NCBI GenBank assembly: GCA_964584435.1 | Contig: CAZOZZ010000004.1 | Location: forward strand, 1-53,669 | Direction of reading: 5' to 3' | From: an uncultured Solibacteraceae bacterium | GTDB lineage: Bacteria; Acidobacteriota; Terriglobia; 20CM-2-55-15 | Length of the DNA stretch: 53,669 nt | In this document: positions 43,501-53,669 of the stretch, in pieces | Layout of the letters: each line of letters begins with the position of its first letter | Position numbering within the stretch: the first letter of the stretch is position 1 | Program-made: the position numbers and the translations under genes | Notes under the pieces: model-generated | The model's database searches: none | What the model was told of the DNA's origin: nothing | The model's input: only the letters and a program-made list of their open reading frames with translations

Positions 43501-44762
43501 AGCTGGTTATCAAGAATGGCCGTTTGATCGATCCGGTCCGCAATCTGGACCGGGTTGCGGACATCCTGATCGAAGACGGCAGGATCCAATCCATCGACGA
43601 CTCAGCGGCCTGGGAGGGTACTGTCTTCGATGCGAGTGGCCTGGTCGTCGCTCCAGGCTTCTTCGACATCCACGTTCACCTGCGTGAGCCTGGAACCGAA
43701 GAAGCGGAGACACTCCGCACGGGTGGCGAGGCCGCTGTCGCGGGTGGTTTTACGGCGGTCGCGGCCATGCCCAACACCGAGCCTCCGAACGATAATGCCT
43801 CAACGACCCGGTTTGTCGTCACCGAAGCTCGTCGGAGTTCTCCGGCGAGAATCTTCCCGATCGGGGCGATCACGATGGGACAACAGGGCGAAAAGCTGGC
43901 CGAGATCGGCGAAATGGTGGAAGCAGGGATCGTCGGGATCTCGGACGACGGCAAACCTGTGATGAACGCCCGTCTTTTTCGACGTGCGCTGGAATACTCC
44001 GGGATGTTTGACCTGCCGGTCATCCAACACTGTGAGGATCTGGACCTGTCTGCCGGTGGTGTGATGAACGAGGGGATCGTTTCGACAAGACTTGGCCTGA
44101 AGGGCATCCCTGGAGCGGCAGAAGACTCGATAGTGGCCAGGGATCTCATTCTTGCCAAGGTGACCCAGGCCAGGTACCACGTCGCCCATATCAGCACGGC
44201 CGGTGCCGTCGGGATGGTTCGAGAAGGCAGGGCGGCGGGCCTGAACGTGACGGCAGAAGTTGCTCCACATCATTTCACACTGACCGACGGTGCGGTTTCC
44301 GGGTACGACACACACGCCAAAATGCAGCCGCCGTTGCGGTCCGAACAAGATGTGGCGGCCGTTATCGCAGGCATTGAGGACGGAACCATCGATGCCATTG
44401 CGACCGACCATGCCCCCCATCACGCAAACCTCAAGATGCTGGAGTTCGACCGTGCGCCCTTCGGCATCACCGGTCTTGAGACAGCCGTCGGCCTGACAAC
44501 GACGAAATTGGAACTACCCGTCTCACGGCTTGTGGAGTTATTCTCGACGAACCCACAGAGAATCATGAAAGTCGAGGGCTGGGGTTTGTACGAAGGCAGT
44601 CGGGCAGACCTGACCGTTCTGGACATGGATCGGCGGTGGACCTTCGACGTCAACGAATCACGGTCGCTCGGTCGCAACAGTCCGTTCCACGGCTGGGAGA
44701 TGAAAGGCAAGGCGGTGGCTACCATTGTCGGGGGAGAAATCGTCTATGAAGACCATCACTAG
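43497..44762 (+). CDS. pyrC: Dihydroorotase (421 aa)
   Basis: ATG at 43497 overlaps the pyrB stop (ATGA). [13 protein letters not shown]..., [21 protein letters not shown]. The upstream 125 codons of ORF 43122.. overlap pyrB and are not coding. Confidence 0.92.
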   Translation: MKLVIKNGRLIDPVRNLDRVADILIEDGRIQSIDDSAAWEGTVFDASGLVVAPGFFDIHVHLREPGTEEAETLRTGGEAAVAGGFTAVAAMPNTEPPNDNASTTRFVVTEARRSSPARIFPIGAITMGQQGEKLAEIGEMVEAGIVGISDDGKPVMNARLFRRALEYSGMFDLPVIQHCEDLDLSAGGVMNEGIVSTRLGLKGIPGAAEDSIVARDLILAKVTQARYHVAHISTAGAVGMVREGRAAGLNVTAEVAPHHFTLTDGAVSGYDTHAKMQPPLRSEQDVAAVIAGIEDGTIDAIATDHAPHHANLKMLEFDRAPFGITGLETAVGLTTTKLELPVSRLVELFSTNPQRIMKVEGWGLYEGSRADLTVLDMDRRWTFDVNESRSLGRNSPFHGWEMKGKAVATIVGGEIVYEDHH

Positions 44763-46017
44763 TGTCTTTCTCGCCCTTGTCTTCTTAACAAACGTTGGTG
44801 GCGCTCAGTCTCCGGATGAGACGGTCGAAGGGATCCGGCAGGATGCGAACTACCAGAAGGCATTGGTCTATATCGAAAATGACCACAGTCGATTCGTCGA
44901 GGAACTGATCGAACTGACCGAGATTCCTGCCCCGCCCTTCAAAGAAGAACAAAGAGCGCAAGCCTATATGGAAATGCTGCGCCAGCATGGTCTCACGGAT
45001 GTCCAGATGGATGAAGAAGGCAACGTGATGGGCATCCGAAAGGGAAACGGTGGGCGTTTGCTCGCAGTGGCAGCCCACCTGGACACTGTTTTTCCTGAAG
45101 GTACCGACGTCACCGTCAAACGCGAAGGCACCAGGCTGTCCGCACCCGGCATCGGTGACGACACTGCCGGTCTGGCCACCCTGCTGTCGGTCATTCGTGC
45201 CATGGATGACGCCGATCTCCGGACGAACAGCGACATACTCTTCATCGGCGACGTGGGTGAGGAGGGTCCGGGAGACCTCCGTGGCATGAAGTACCTGTTT
45301 CGGGAAGGTCCCTACAAGGACGCCATCAGGATGTTCGTGTCGGTCGAGGGGGGGCGCCAGACCAGCATTACGAACGGAGCCCTGGGCAGCAAACGGTACC
45401 GGGTGACGTTCAAGGGTCCCGGTGGCCACAGCTACGGAGCGTTTGGACTGGTCAGCCCCGCGTTCGCCATGGGTAACGCCATGCGGAAATTTTCGTTGCT
45501 GGAGGTGCCCGAAGATCCCAAGACAACGTTCAACGTCGGCGTCATCGGCGGCGGAACCTCCGTGAACTCAATCCCCTTCGAATCCTGGATGGACGTCGAC
45601 ATGAGATCGGAAGTTCGGGACGAACTGGACGAACTGGCCGAAACGTTTATCGGGCTCATGCACGAAGCCGTCGATGAAGAGAACGCCGCCAGATCTACGG
45701 CACAGGGAGAGATCGAACTGGAAATGACGATGATCGGAGACAGGCCATCCGGGGAGACTGCCGAAGATTCCGATATCGCACGGACCGCAACCAGTGCGTT
45801 CAATGCCTTTGGGCTCGAGCCTGTCTTTCGTATCTCAAGCACGGATGCCAACATCCCGATCAGCATGGGAATCCCGGCGATAACGATAGGTCGTGGCGGA
45901 ATGGGAGGTCGTGGTCACTCCCTCGACGAATGGGTGGACGTGGAACAGGAAATAACCGTCCAGGGGGTCCAGGTGACTCTCACAACGATACTAGCCCTGG
46001 CGGGATTGGTTCAGTAG
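44746..46017 (+). CDS. Secreted M20-family metallopeptidase
   Basis: ATG at 44746 after GGGGGAG, with a signal peptide ([22 protein letters not shown]). M20 metal-binding blocks are AAHLDTV, GIGDDTAG and GDVGEEG. Confidence 0.8.
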   Translation: MKTITSVFLALVFLTNVGGAQSPDETVEGIRQDANYQKALVYIENDHSRFVEELIELTEIPAPPFKEEQRAQAYMEMLRQHGLTDVQMDEEGNVMGIRKGNGGRLLAVAAHLDTVFPEGTDVTVKREGTRLSAPGIGDDTAGLATLLSVIRAMDDADLRTNSDILFIGDVGEEGPGDLRGMKYLFREGPYKDAIRMFVSVEGGRQTSITNGALGSKRYRVTFKGPGGHSYGAFGLVSPAFAMGNAMRKFSLLEVPEDPKTTFNVGVIGGGTSVNSIPFESWMDVDMRSEVRDELDELAETFIGLMHEAVDEENAARSTAQGEIELEMTMIGDRPSGETAEDSDIARTATSAFNAFGLEPVFRISSTDANIPISMGIPAITIGRGGMGGRGHSLDEWVDVEQEITVQGVQVTLTTILALAGLVQ

Positions 46018-46023
46018 ATCTGA

Positions 46024-48459
46024 TCACCCAACCACGAGATTCAGGATCCGGTTCTTCACGTAGATCTTCTTTCGGATTTCCTTCCCGTCCATGTGCCTGC
46101 CGACGGCGACGTCGGCCAGCGCCGCTTCGAGAACAGTCTCTTCCGCCGAATCCATCGGGACCACGATCTTGCCGCGCATTTTCCCGTTGATCTGAACGGC
46201 GACCGTCACGCTGTCGGGCATCGTGTAGGCTTCATCCCATTCCGGCCATGTCTCTTTGAAGATGGAAGGCTCGTGACCGGTTCGCTCCCACAGCTCCTCG
46301 GCAAGATGCGGAGCGAATGGGGAGAGCAGTGTGAGGAAGACTTCGACGGTTTCGCGGTCAGGCGCTTCGTCCAGACCATGCACGACGTTCAGGAACTCCA
46401 TCATGGCACTCACGACGGTGTTGAGACGAAAACTCTCCAATCGCTCGGTCACCTTCTTGACGAGCACATGCCGCTCGGTGAGCATCTGTCGCGACGGAGT
46501 CCGGGACCAGTTGCCGTTACTGGCAAGCACCCACGTCCATGCACGTTTCAAGAAACGGTGAACACCGTCGATACCGCTGTCGCTCCACTCCGCATCCATC
46601 TCGGGCGGACCGACGAAAAGTTCGTAGAGCCGCAGAGAATCGCATCCGTACCGCTCGACCAGTTCGTCCGGATTGACCACATTTCCCTTGGACTTGGACA
46701 TTTTTTCGACTCGCCCGTTCTTGGCCAACCGGGTAATCATGCCCTGGTTGAAGAGGCGTCGAAACGGCTCCTCGAAATCAACGACATCGATGTCGTAGAG
46801 AAACATCGTGAAGAAGCGGGCGTAGAGCAGGTGAAGGATCGCATGTTCGACACCACCGACATACATGTCGACGGGAAGCCACTTCTTCCCCGTCTCGCTC
46901 ACCAGCGTATCTTTCTCTGTTGGGGATGTGTAGCGGAGGAAATACCAGGAGGAACCCGCCCATTGAGGCATGACGTCGGTTTCCCGGCGCGCCTCCCCCT
47001 GGCACTTCGGACACTCGACCCGGACAAAGTTTTCGATCGTCGCAAGAGGAGATTCTCCCGTACCGGTCGGCTGGTACCTCTCCACCTCCGGCAGGCGGAC
47101 CGGCAGATCAGCCTCATCGACCGGAACCGCGCCACACTCCCCGCAATGGACGATAGGAATGGGTTCCCCCCAGTAGCGTTGCCGCGAATAGACCCAGTCG
47201 CGCAACTTGTATTGGACTGTTCCCCGGCCGAGACCTTTTCCCTCCAACCAACTGGTGACCGCCCCACGACCCACGGCGGAGTCCAGACCGGTAAACTCAC
47301 CGGACCGAACCATCTTGCCCTGACCCAGGTACGGCTGCTCTGAAACCCCCTCTCTTGAAGCGATGACCTCTCGAATCTCCAGGCCAAATTTTCGTGCGAA
47401 CTCGTAGTCCCGATCGTCATGTGCGGGAACGGCCATGATGGCTCCAGTTCCGTAACCGATCAGGACATAGTCGGCCACCCAGATCGGGATCTGATCGCCG
47501 GTGACCGGATTCCTTGCATGGGCGCCAAGGAACAATCCGGTCTTGTCCTTCTTCGTCGCCGTCCTGTCCTGGTCGGAAGCGTTTCGAGACCGCTCCACGT
47601 AGGCCGCGACTTCCTCCGCCCGGTCCGGGGACACCAGTCTGTCGACGAGCGGATGTTCAGGAGCGAGGACCATGTAGGTGGCGCCGAACAGCGTGTCCGG
47701 CCGCGTCGTGAAGATCTCCACCGGATGTTCGCCTCCGTCGTTGTCGACGGCGGCGAACGTGACCTGGGCTCCTTCGGATCGCCCAATCCAGTTCCGTTGC
47801 ATCGTCTTGACCTTCTCGGGCCAATCCAAGTCGTCCAGACCTCGGAGCAGGCGCTCGGCATAGACAGTGATGCGCAGCATCCACTGCTTCATGTCCTTCT
47901 TGGTGACCCGGGTCCCGCACCGCTCACACTCACCGGCGACCACTTCTTCATTGGCAATTCCGGTCTTACAACTGGGGCACCAGTTGATCGGCATCGACGC
48001 CTGGTACGCCAGCCCCTTCTTGAACATCTGGACGAAAATCCACTGCGTCCACCGGTAGTACTCGGGATCGGTCGTATTGATCTCGCGCGACCAGTCGTAT
48101 ATCGTGCTCATATCGATCAACTGCCGCTTGAAGTTTTCGATGTTCTTCCGGGTGTTGATCTCCGGATGAATCCCCTTGTGAATCGCATCGTTTTCAGCAG
48201 GCAAGCCGAACGCATCCCATCCCATCGGGTGCAGGACGTTGAAACCCTTCAATAACTTGTAACGAGACCAGGCGTCAGGCAGGACATAGCTGCGCCAGTG
48301 ACCAACGTGCAGGCCGGAACCGGACGGGTACGGGAACATGTCGAGGCAATAATATTTCGGGCGTGGGTCGTCATCCCGCGCCTCGTAAAGACGCTCGCGG
48401 GCCCACCGCTCCCTCCACTTCCCCTCAATCTCTTTGAATCGGTATGCGTCTTCAGGCAT
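46024..48459 (-). CDS. leuS: Leucine--tRNA ligase
   Basis: 811 aa with HVGH (the HIGH motif), KMSKS and a CP1 editing domain. Confidence 0.97.
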   Translation of the reverse strand: MPEDAYRFKEIEGKWRERWARERLYEARDDDPRPKYYCLDMFPYPSGSGLHVGHWRSYVLPDAWSRYKLLKGFNVLHPMGWDAFGLPAENDAIHKGIHPEINTRKNIENFKRQLIDMSTIYDWSREINTTDPEYYRWTQWIFVQMFKKGLAYQASMPINWCPSCKTGIANEEVVAGECERCGTRVTKKDMKQWMLRITVYAERLLRGLDDLDWPEKVKTMQRNWIGRSEGAQVTFAAVDNDGGEHPVEIFTTRPDTLFGATYMVLAPEHPLVDRLVSPDRAEEVAAYVERSRNASDQDRTATKKDKTGLFLGAHARNPVTGDQIPIWVADYVLIGYGTGAIMAVPAHDDRDYEFARKFGLEIREVIASREGVSEQPYLGQGKMVRSGEFTGLDSAVGRGAVTSWLEGKGLGRGTVQYKLRDWVYSRQRYWGEPIPIVHCGECGAVPVDEADLPVRLPEVERYQPTGTGESPLATIENFVRVECPKCQGEARRETDVMPQWAGSSWYFLRYTSPTEKDTLVSETGKKWLPVDMYVGGVEHAILHLLYARFFTMFLYDIDVVDFEEPFRRLFNQGMITRLAKNGRVEKMSKSKGNVVNPDELVERYGCDSLRLYELFVGPPEMDAEWSDSGIDGVHRFLKRAWTWVLASNGNWSRTPSRQMLTERHVLVKKVTERLESFRLNTVVSAMMEFLNVVHGLDEAPDRETVEVFLTLLSPFAPHLAEELWERTGHEPSIFKETWPEWDEAYTMPDSVTVAVQINGKMRGKIVVPMDSAEETVLEAALADVAVGRHMDGKEIRKKIYVKNRILNLVVG

Positions 48460-48494
48460 CAGCTAAAAGGGCGGCATATAGAATGGGCGGTCAG

Positions 48495-48917
48495 TTATTG
48501 GGAAGAATTGGCGGACTCCCATCTCATAACGTCGCCCTTCGAGTCCATCGCTTCGTTGGCAAGCTTGTCTGCCTCCTTGTTGAATTCCCGCCGGACGTGT
48601 TCAATGGAGAACCGTGGAATCTGTTCGATCAAGCGCTTGGCCGATGCATAGAGCGGACGAATGTTTTCGTTCCGAACCTTGTAGATCCCCTTGATCTGTT
48701 TGACGACGAGTTCGGAATCGGAATAAATCTTGAGCTGCTTGCACTGGCGGTCCGCGGCAAAACGCAAAGCCGAAACGAGAGCCGAATACTCCGCATAATT
48801 ATTCGTCTGGTGCCCCAGGTACTCGGCTACGCTGACCAGGCCCGGGAAATAAACCCCGAGGCCGGAGGGTCCGGGATTACCTCGCGAACCGCCATCGATG
48901 TATGCCTCCAGGGTCAT
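48495..48917 (-). CDS. rnhA: Ribonuclease HI
   Basis: The internal ATG gives MTLEAYIDGGSRGNPGPSGLG...TNNYAEYSALVSAL...NKEADKLAN. Its start overlaps the upstream stop (ATGA). Confidence 0.9.
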   Translation of the reverse strand: MTLEAYIDGGSRGNPGPSGLGVYFPGLVSVAEYLGHQTNNYAEYSALVSALRFAADRQCKQLKIYSDSELVVKQIKGIYKVRNENIRPLYASAKRLIEQIPRFSIEHVRREFNKEADKLANEAMDSKGDVMRWESANSSQ

Positions 48918-49645
48918 GCGACTTCGAAGGGGTGATCGAGGTTTTCTGGATCGTACAAGATCCGCGAGCAACTGTCACAGGCGATAATAGTGTCGTTTTT
49001 TCGGATTTCCTGGAAAACCTGTGGACGCATCCGAACGTTGCACAGTTCGCAGGCTTCGTCGCTTGCCTTCGCAACAGCGATTCCCGATCGAGCTTTTCGA
49101 ATGCGATCGTAACGGGACAAGATATCGTCAGAAACGTTCTTTTCCAGGACCTCTCGTTCTTCAACGTACGCGCCCATCGCCTTCTCGTCCTGGGCAGTGA
49201 ATTCTTCCAGCCGAATTCTTTCCGCATTGACGGTCCGCTCGTCTTCCTTGAGTGTGACTTCAGCGGCTTTCAGCTCCGCTTCCAGGTTTTCCGAACCCAG
49301 CATCAACGTGAGAATTTCGTCTTCCACCGTTCCAATGGAAGCCTGACTGTACTCGATCTCCTTGACCATCGCCTTGTACTCTGCGTTCGTCCTCACCGAC
49401 ATCAACTGTTCTTTGTACTTGGAAATCTTCACCTCGACATCCGCGATGTCGGACTCGAGTTGCTTGCGTCTGGACTGACTGCTCTTGATGTTTTCGGTGG
49501 CCTTCCGAACGGCTTCCTGAGCAGTGCTGAGCTTTTCGTCCAGCGCTTTGGACTTGGCGGGGAAAGCGTCAATCTTGTCGCGAAGTTCCTGAATGGATGT
49601 GTCAACAGCCTGGAGGCGAATCAGATTCTTTAAATCAGCGTTCAT
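48914..49645 (-). CDS. Coiled-coil plus C4 zinc-ribbon protein (COG1579/DUF164 type)
   Basis: 243 aa. A long coiled coil is followed by CELCNVRMRPQ...ACDSCSRILY. Linkage of this family to RNase H genes is known in other phyla. Confidence 0.75.
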   Translation of the reverse strand: MNADLKNLIRLQAVDTSIQELRDKIDAFPAKSKALDEKLSTAQEAVRKATENIKSSQSRRKQLESDIADVEVKISKYKEQLMSVRTNAEYKAMVKEIEYSQASIGTVEDEILTLMLGSENLEAELKAAEVTLKEDERTVNAERIRLEEFTAQDEKAMGAYVEEREVLEKNVSDDILSRYDRIRKARSGIAVAKASDEACELCNVRMRPQVFQEIRKNDTIIACDSCSRILYDPENLDHPFEVA

Positions 49646-49716
49646 TTAGCATCGGCCCGGGGTTTGAAACGTGAGAAGCGACGGTGTGCCGGCTTCCACT
49701 AACTTTTTGTCACTAA

Positions 49717-49790
49717 TGGGCCCAGTAGGACTCGAACCTACGACTGCCCGGTTATGAGCCGGGAGCTCTAACCAACTGAGCTATGGGCCC
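49717..49790 (-). tRNA. tRNA with anticodon CAT, elongator type (tRNA-Met; a lysidine-modified tRNA-Ile2 identity is not excluded)
   Basis: The reverse complement reads GGGCCCA TA GCTC AGTTGGTTA GAGC T CCCGG CTCATAA CCGGG CAGTC GTAGG TTCGAGT CCTAC TGGGCCC A. It forms a perfect cloverleaf of 74 nt. CCA is not encoded. The G1-C72 pair argues against an initiator. Confidence 0.9.
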
Positions 49791-49856
49791 GGTGAAATCC
49801 ATGACAGCCCCGAGGAGCCTGCCAGGAATCGACAGGACCGTGTTCGGAATCTCACT

Positions 49857-51560
49857 CTAATCTCGTCCGTTGACGTCCAGGAAGGCGCGTAACCGGCGGC
49901 TCCTGCTTGGGTGACGTAACTTCCGCAGCGCTTTGGCTTCGATCTGACGGATTCGCTCACGAGTCACAGCGAAATTCTGTCCAACCTCTTCCAGCGTGTG
50001 TTCGGTACCGTCTTCCAGACCGAAACGCATCTTGATGACCCGTTCTTCACGAGGCGTCAACGTGTTGAGAACGTGCTCGGTCATCTCCTTGAGGTTGATG
50101 TTTATTACTGCGTCGGATGGCGACACGACACCGCGATCTTCGATGAAGTCGCCCAGATGGGAATCTTCCTCTTCGCCGATCGGCGTCTCGAGCGAAATAG
50201 GCTCCTGGGCAATCTTCATCACCTTCCTCACCTTGGACACGACAATGTCCATCCGCTCGGCAATCTCCTCACTCGTCGGTTCGCGGCCCAGCTCCTGCAC
50301 CAGTGCACGAGAGGTTCGGATAAGCTTGTTGATCGTCTCGATCATGTGGACCGGAATTCGAATCGTTCTTGCCTGGTCGGCGATGGCCCGTGTAATCGCC
50401 TGACGGATCCACCAGGTCGCATAGGTGGAAAACTTGTAGCCTCGCCGGTATTCGAACTTGTCGACGGCCTTCATCAGGCCAATGTTGCCTTCCTGTATGA
50501 GATCCAGGAACTGCAGGCCACGGTTCGTGTATTTCTTCGCGATCGACACTACCAGTCGCAGGTTCGCTTCGACGAGTTCGCGCTTCGCGTTCTCCGCTTC
50601 GATCTGACCACGGACGATGGTCTGCAGGGTTCGACGCACTTCCAGTGCGCTGGCCTTGCTGTCCTCCTCAAAAGCCTTGATCTTGGCCTTGACGGCGCGA
50701 ATCTCCTTCTGAACGTTCTTCCGATATTCCTTCTTGGTGTGGTCCGCTTTGCGCTGGAGTCGGGCCTGTTCCCTCTCGATCGGGCGAATCGTGCTGACCG
50801 CATCCCGCACAAGGCTGATCAAGGCCAATCTCTCGTGGATCGAATACTTGAGAGACAGGAGGAGTCTGGACAACTTGATCCGTTGGCGTCCGAGTTTCCA
50901 ACGGGAACGCCGGTGTTCCTTGGGTTTGCGGGTCCGGGGAATTGCCGCCAGCTTCGTCCGAAGCGTATTCACTCTGCGATACAGTTTTCCAATCTGGGCG
51001 ATCGTCTCGAGTGTCTCGGCATGCTTGGCTTCGATCTTCTCTTCGGTAAGATCGTCGTCTGTAAACTGGACCAGGTCCTTGATGACGCTTGGATCCTTCT
51101 TGAGGTTATCCCCCAGGGTCATGATTCGACGGACCACCAGCGGAGAGCGGGACAGCGCCTGGAGGACGCGGAGTTGACCCCTTTCGATCCTCTTGGCGAT
51201 CACGACCTCGCCATCCCGGGTCAGCAGGGGAACGGTCCCCATTTCCCTCAGGTACATGCGAACCGGATCGTTGGTCTTCTCCAGCGAGCCGGGCGTCAGA
51301 TCCAACTGGACTTCTCTCTGCGTGGCTTCGAACTTCGTCTTGTCCCGCTGCAGCTTATCGAATGAGAAGGACTGGTCTTCGGTTTCGATGACCTCGATTC
51401 CGGCCGTTCCGAAAGCGGAGAAGAGATCGTCAAGATCCTCGGCCGAAGCAGTGATCTCGGGGGGCAGGAGATCGCTCACCTCATCGTAGAGGAGGTAACC
51501 CTTCTCCTTGCCCAGGTCGATCAGCTTCTGCACTTCATCGTACTTGTCTTCGAGTCCCAT
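49857..51560 (-). CDS. rpoD: RNA polymerase sigma factor RpoD (sigma-70)
   Basis: 567 aa with regions 1.1 to 4.2 ([63 protein letters not shown]). Confidence 0.97.
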   Translation of the reverse strand: MGLEDKYDEVQKLIDLGKEKGYLLYDEVSDLLPPEITASAEDLDDLFSAFGTAGIEVIETEDQSFSFDKLQRDKTKFEATQREVQLDLTPGSLEKTNDPVRMYLREMGTVPLLTRDGEVVIAKRIERGQLRVLQALSRSPLVVRRIMTLGDNLKKDPSVIKDLVQFTDDDLTEEKIEAKHAETLETIAQIGKLYRRVNTLRTKLAAIPRTRKPKEHRRSRWKLGRQRIKLSRLLLSLKYSIHERLALISLVRDAVSTIRPIEREQARLQRKADHTKKEYRKNVQKEIRAVKAKIKAFEEDSKASALEVRRTLQTIVRGQIEAENAKRELVEANLRLVVSIAKKYTNRGLQFLDLIQEGNIGLMKAVDKFEYRRGYKFSTYATWWIRQAITRAIADQARTIRIPVHMIETINKLIRTSRALVQELGREPTSEEIAERMDIVVSKVRKVMKIAQEPISLETPIGEEEDSHLGDFIEDRGVVSPSDAVININLKEMTEHVLNTLTPREERVIKMRFGLEDGTEHTLEEVGQNFAVTRERIRQIEAKALRKLRHPSRSRRLRAFLDVNGRD

Positions 51561-51748
51561 GCTCCTCCAGATCGTAATTACTTCTAATGATGGCGTTTAG
51601 TCAGAATCTTCGGTAGATATCCTCAAACGGTCACGCGAGACTGAATTCGACAACCCGACCGACTATCGGTAGGTACACTTCAACAAAGTTTAAGGATAGG
51701 CGCCAACGTTTCATTTTCAAGAGCTTATACTCACTTTCAAGGTCCAGA

Positions 51749-53461
51749 TTAGGGTCGGATCGCCTTGATCCTGGATTTCTCCGTGGCAATGTCCATCTGT
51801 TTCCGCACCAGGTCGGGGGGCGCAACGCCCGTACCATAGGTCTTCAGCTCCGCCCGGATCTCCTCTTCCTTTTTGACGAGGTACTCCTGATAGAGTTGCC
51901 CCATCGACACGATTGCCACCTCGTGCCCAATCCGGGTGAAGGGTTCCAACGCCGCCGCGCGGACCTGCTGCTCCAACTCCGTGTCTTCGATGCCCTCCAA
52001 CGCCGACTCAACACCGGAACTTCCGCCATCGATCAACCGCTTCAAAACACCGCCGGACCTGATCCCCGCCAGGAAATCGTTCTCCAGGAACGGTTTGAGA
52101 GACGTCGAGATCTCCGGGTCCTGAAGGAGCGCCTGTATTAACTGCTTCTCGGCGAGTGTCAGATTTCGGGACCGCGTTGGGGCCGACCGTAGATCCCTGT
52201 CCCTGGATTTCCCTCTGAGTTTGAATTGTTCGAAGACCACGTCTGTTGGAATGGCAAAGTTCTCCGCCAGGGCTTTTGCCACTTCCAGCTTCACGAGCCG
52301 GTCCGGAATGTGGTCGACGTGTTGGATGATTTCGCGGACGACGCGCGATTTGACTTCCGGCTGGGATATATCCGGCTGCGCCCGCGCATCGGCTATGAGT
52401 TGCTCCCAGAAATACGGAGCCTGATCCAACAGCCTCCTGTAGGCGTCGGCACCCTCCCGGCGAACAAAATCATCGGGATCAAGGCCATCGGGCAGACGCA
52501 GTATCCGGACGGTCAGATTGCGTTCGAGCAGCAGCTCGATCGAACGCTTCGTGGCGCTCTGGCCCGCTGAGTCCGGATCGTAGTTCATCACGACCTCGGG
52601 GACAAAGCGCGCTAGCACCGCCACCTGCTGGGGTGTCAGGCTGGTTCCGCAGGAAGCGACGACGTTCTCAATGCCGTTCTGATGCAGACTGAGACAGTCA
52701 AAGTATCCTTCCACGACGACCATCCGTCCCGCCTTCCGTGCTGCGGTTCGCGCCAGGTGGAGCCCGTAGAGAACGAACGACTTCGAGTAAAGGGGGGACT
52801 CCGGAGAGTTGAGGTACTTGGGCTTGCCTTCTCCAACGATGCGTCCACCGAAGGCGATGACCTTTCCCCGTTCATTCCAGATCGGGAAAATCAGGCGTCG
52901 TCTAAAGCGGTCGTAGACCTCGCCGCGATCGTTCTTAATGAACAAACCCGTCTTGACGGCGTCCTTTGGTTTGAGCACCCCTAACAAACCCCCGGTCGGA
53001 GCGTAGCCCAGGCCGAATCGCTCAGCGAACTCGGGTTTGATGTCCCGCTCTTCCAGGATCCGTCTGGCCGGCGCGGCTTCCGGGGTCTTCAGTTTGCGCT
53101 CAAAATATGCCGCGGCACTCTCGTACACCCCCAGCAGCTGCTCACGGTCCCTGGCGGCCCGATCATCTCCAGGAGATGCCTTTGGCATCGGGATGCCACA
53201 CTTCTCGGCAACGATTCGGATCGACTCCGGGAAAGTGGCCTGTTCGGCCAGCATCACGAACTTGAAAACATCACCTCCAACCCCACAACCAAAACAATGA
53301 AAAATCTGTTTCTCTCTGTGGACGGAAAACGAGGGTGTCTTCTCCTCGTGAAACGGACACAACCCCTTGAAATTGTTACCGCTTCCCTTGAGGGCCATAT
53401 AGTCGGATACGACCTGAACTATGTCGGCGGAGTAACGAATTGATTCAGCAACATTCTTCAT
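51749..53461 (-). CDS. dnaG: DNA primase
   Basis: Zinc finger CPFHEEKTPSFSV...FHCFGCG and TOPRIM region (VVVEGYFD). The dnaG-rpoD order is conserved. Confidence 0.95.
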   Translation of the reverse strand: MKNVAESIRYSADIVQVVSDYMALKGSGNNFKGLCPFHEEKTPSFSVHREKQIFHCFGCGVGGDVFKFVMLAEQATFPESIRIVAEKCGIPMPKASPGDDRAARDREQLLGVYESAAAYFERKLKTPEAAPARRILEERDIKPEFAERFGLGYAPTGGLLGVLKPKDAVKTGLFIKNDRGEVYDRFRRRLIFPIWNERGKVIAFGGRIVGEGKPKYLNSPESPLYSKSFVLYGLHLARTAARKAGRMVVVEGYFDCLSLHQNGIENVVASCGTSLTPQQVAVLARFVPEVVMNYDPDSAGQSATKRSIELLLERNLTVRILRLPDGLDPDDFVRREGADAYRRLLDQAPYFWEQLIADARAQPDISQPEVKSRVVREIIQHVDHIPDRLVKLEVAKALAENFAIPTDVVFEQFKLRGKSRDRDLRSAPTRSRNLTLAEKQLIQALLQDPEISTSLKPFLENDFLAGIRSGGVLKRLIDGGSSGVESALEGIEDTELEQQVRAAALEPFTRIGHEVAIVSMGQLYQEYLVKKEEEIRAELKTYGTGVAPPDLVRKQMDIATEKSRIKAIRP

Positions 53462-53669
53462 CGTGAATGGCAGGCCGTCTCGGCAAGAGCGGAAGCAGCC
53501 AATTTATAACATCGGTCGAGAAAATAGCAATGGATAGGCCATATTCTCGTCGAATGAACGGCCGAAACAGGACCTTAGCTGACATCCTGGAACGGCAGCA
53601 CGCAGAAAACAGCCGGATTTTCACCGGTAGAGTAGGGGAGGACGCGAAGAGCGACCTCCCCCCTCGTCG

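Noticed and set aside
49998-51365. Long antisense ORFs opposite real genes: 455 aa opposite rpoD, 472 aa at 17419..18837 opposite the TonB receptor, 416 aa at 46093..47343 opposite leuS, 319 aa at 7209..8168 opposite aceB, 303 aa at 16041..16952, and 248 aa at 25206..25952.
   Set aside because: Their composition is Arg/Gly/Pro/Val-rich and low in complexity. They have no recognisable motifs and no ribosome-binding sites. Each lies opposite a gene with unambiguous homology. This is the usual stop-codon depletion on the antisense strand of GC-rich genes.
53634-53662. Hairpin GGGGAGGACGC / GCGACCTCCCC at the right edge, and a TTGCTA-16-TATAAA promoter-like site (53503..53530, minus strand) upstream of dnaG.
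   Set aside because: Both are plausible: a terminator for an off-window gene and a dnaG promoter. The hairpin has a mismatch and no U-tract, though, and the window ends before the context can be seen.

Overview
This is a moderately GC-rich bacterial chromosomal segment. I count about 47 protein genes, one tRNA, and no rRNA, CRISPR array, transposase, integrase or recognisable defence gene. Two features suggest an Acidobacteriota-like organism, though that is inference only. These are two roughly 1000-aa TonB-dependent receptors with an N-terminal carboxypeptidase-regulatory-like domain, and a Na+-pumping oxaloacetate decarboxylase.

Most of the window is core metabolism and the translation apparatus:
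- a TorF-like porin-amt-glnK operon
- malate synthase
- oadGAB
- thrS, and infC-rpmI-rplT-pheST-zapA
- ymdB-ffh, and rpsP-KH-rimM-trmD-rplS
- thiE
- pyrF/pyrD facing pyrB/pyrC
- leuS-rnhA
- dnaG-rpoD followed by tRNA(CAT)

The only accessory-looking block is 14.1-26 kb. It holds two tandem paralogous TonB receptors. Downstream are a secreted three-domain beta-sandwich protein ending in a CXXCH motif, a Tat-exported alkaline-phosphatase-superfamily enzyme and a secreted S9 peptidase.

I did not find a clear-cut new multi-gene system. The items most worth follow-up are:
1. The TBDR / CXXCH-protein / Tat-enzyme cassette.
2. A promoter-to-terminator unit of about 183 nt directly downstream of zapA that folds like 6S RNA.
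3. A family of composite palindromic intergenic elements (TCAACGCAAAGACGC...GCGTCTTTGCGTTGA and a sister form), together with four arrays of period-7 tandem repeats.
4. A rimM gene whose conserved N-terminus lies upstream of any canonical start codon.

All coordinates, pairings and motif matches were derived by hand from the sequence. No database search was run.
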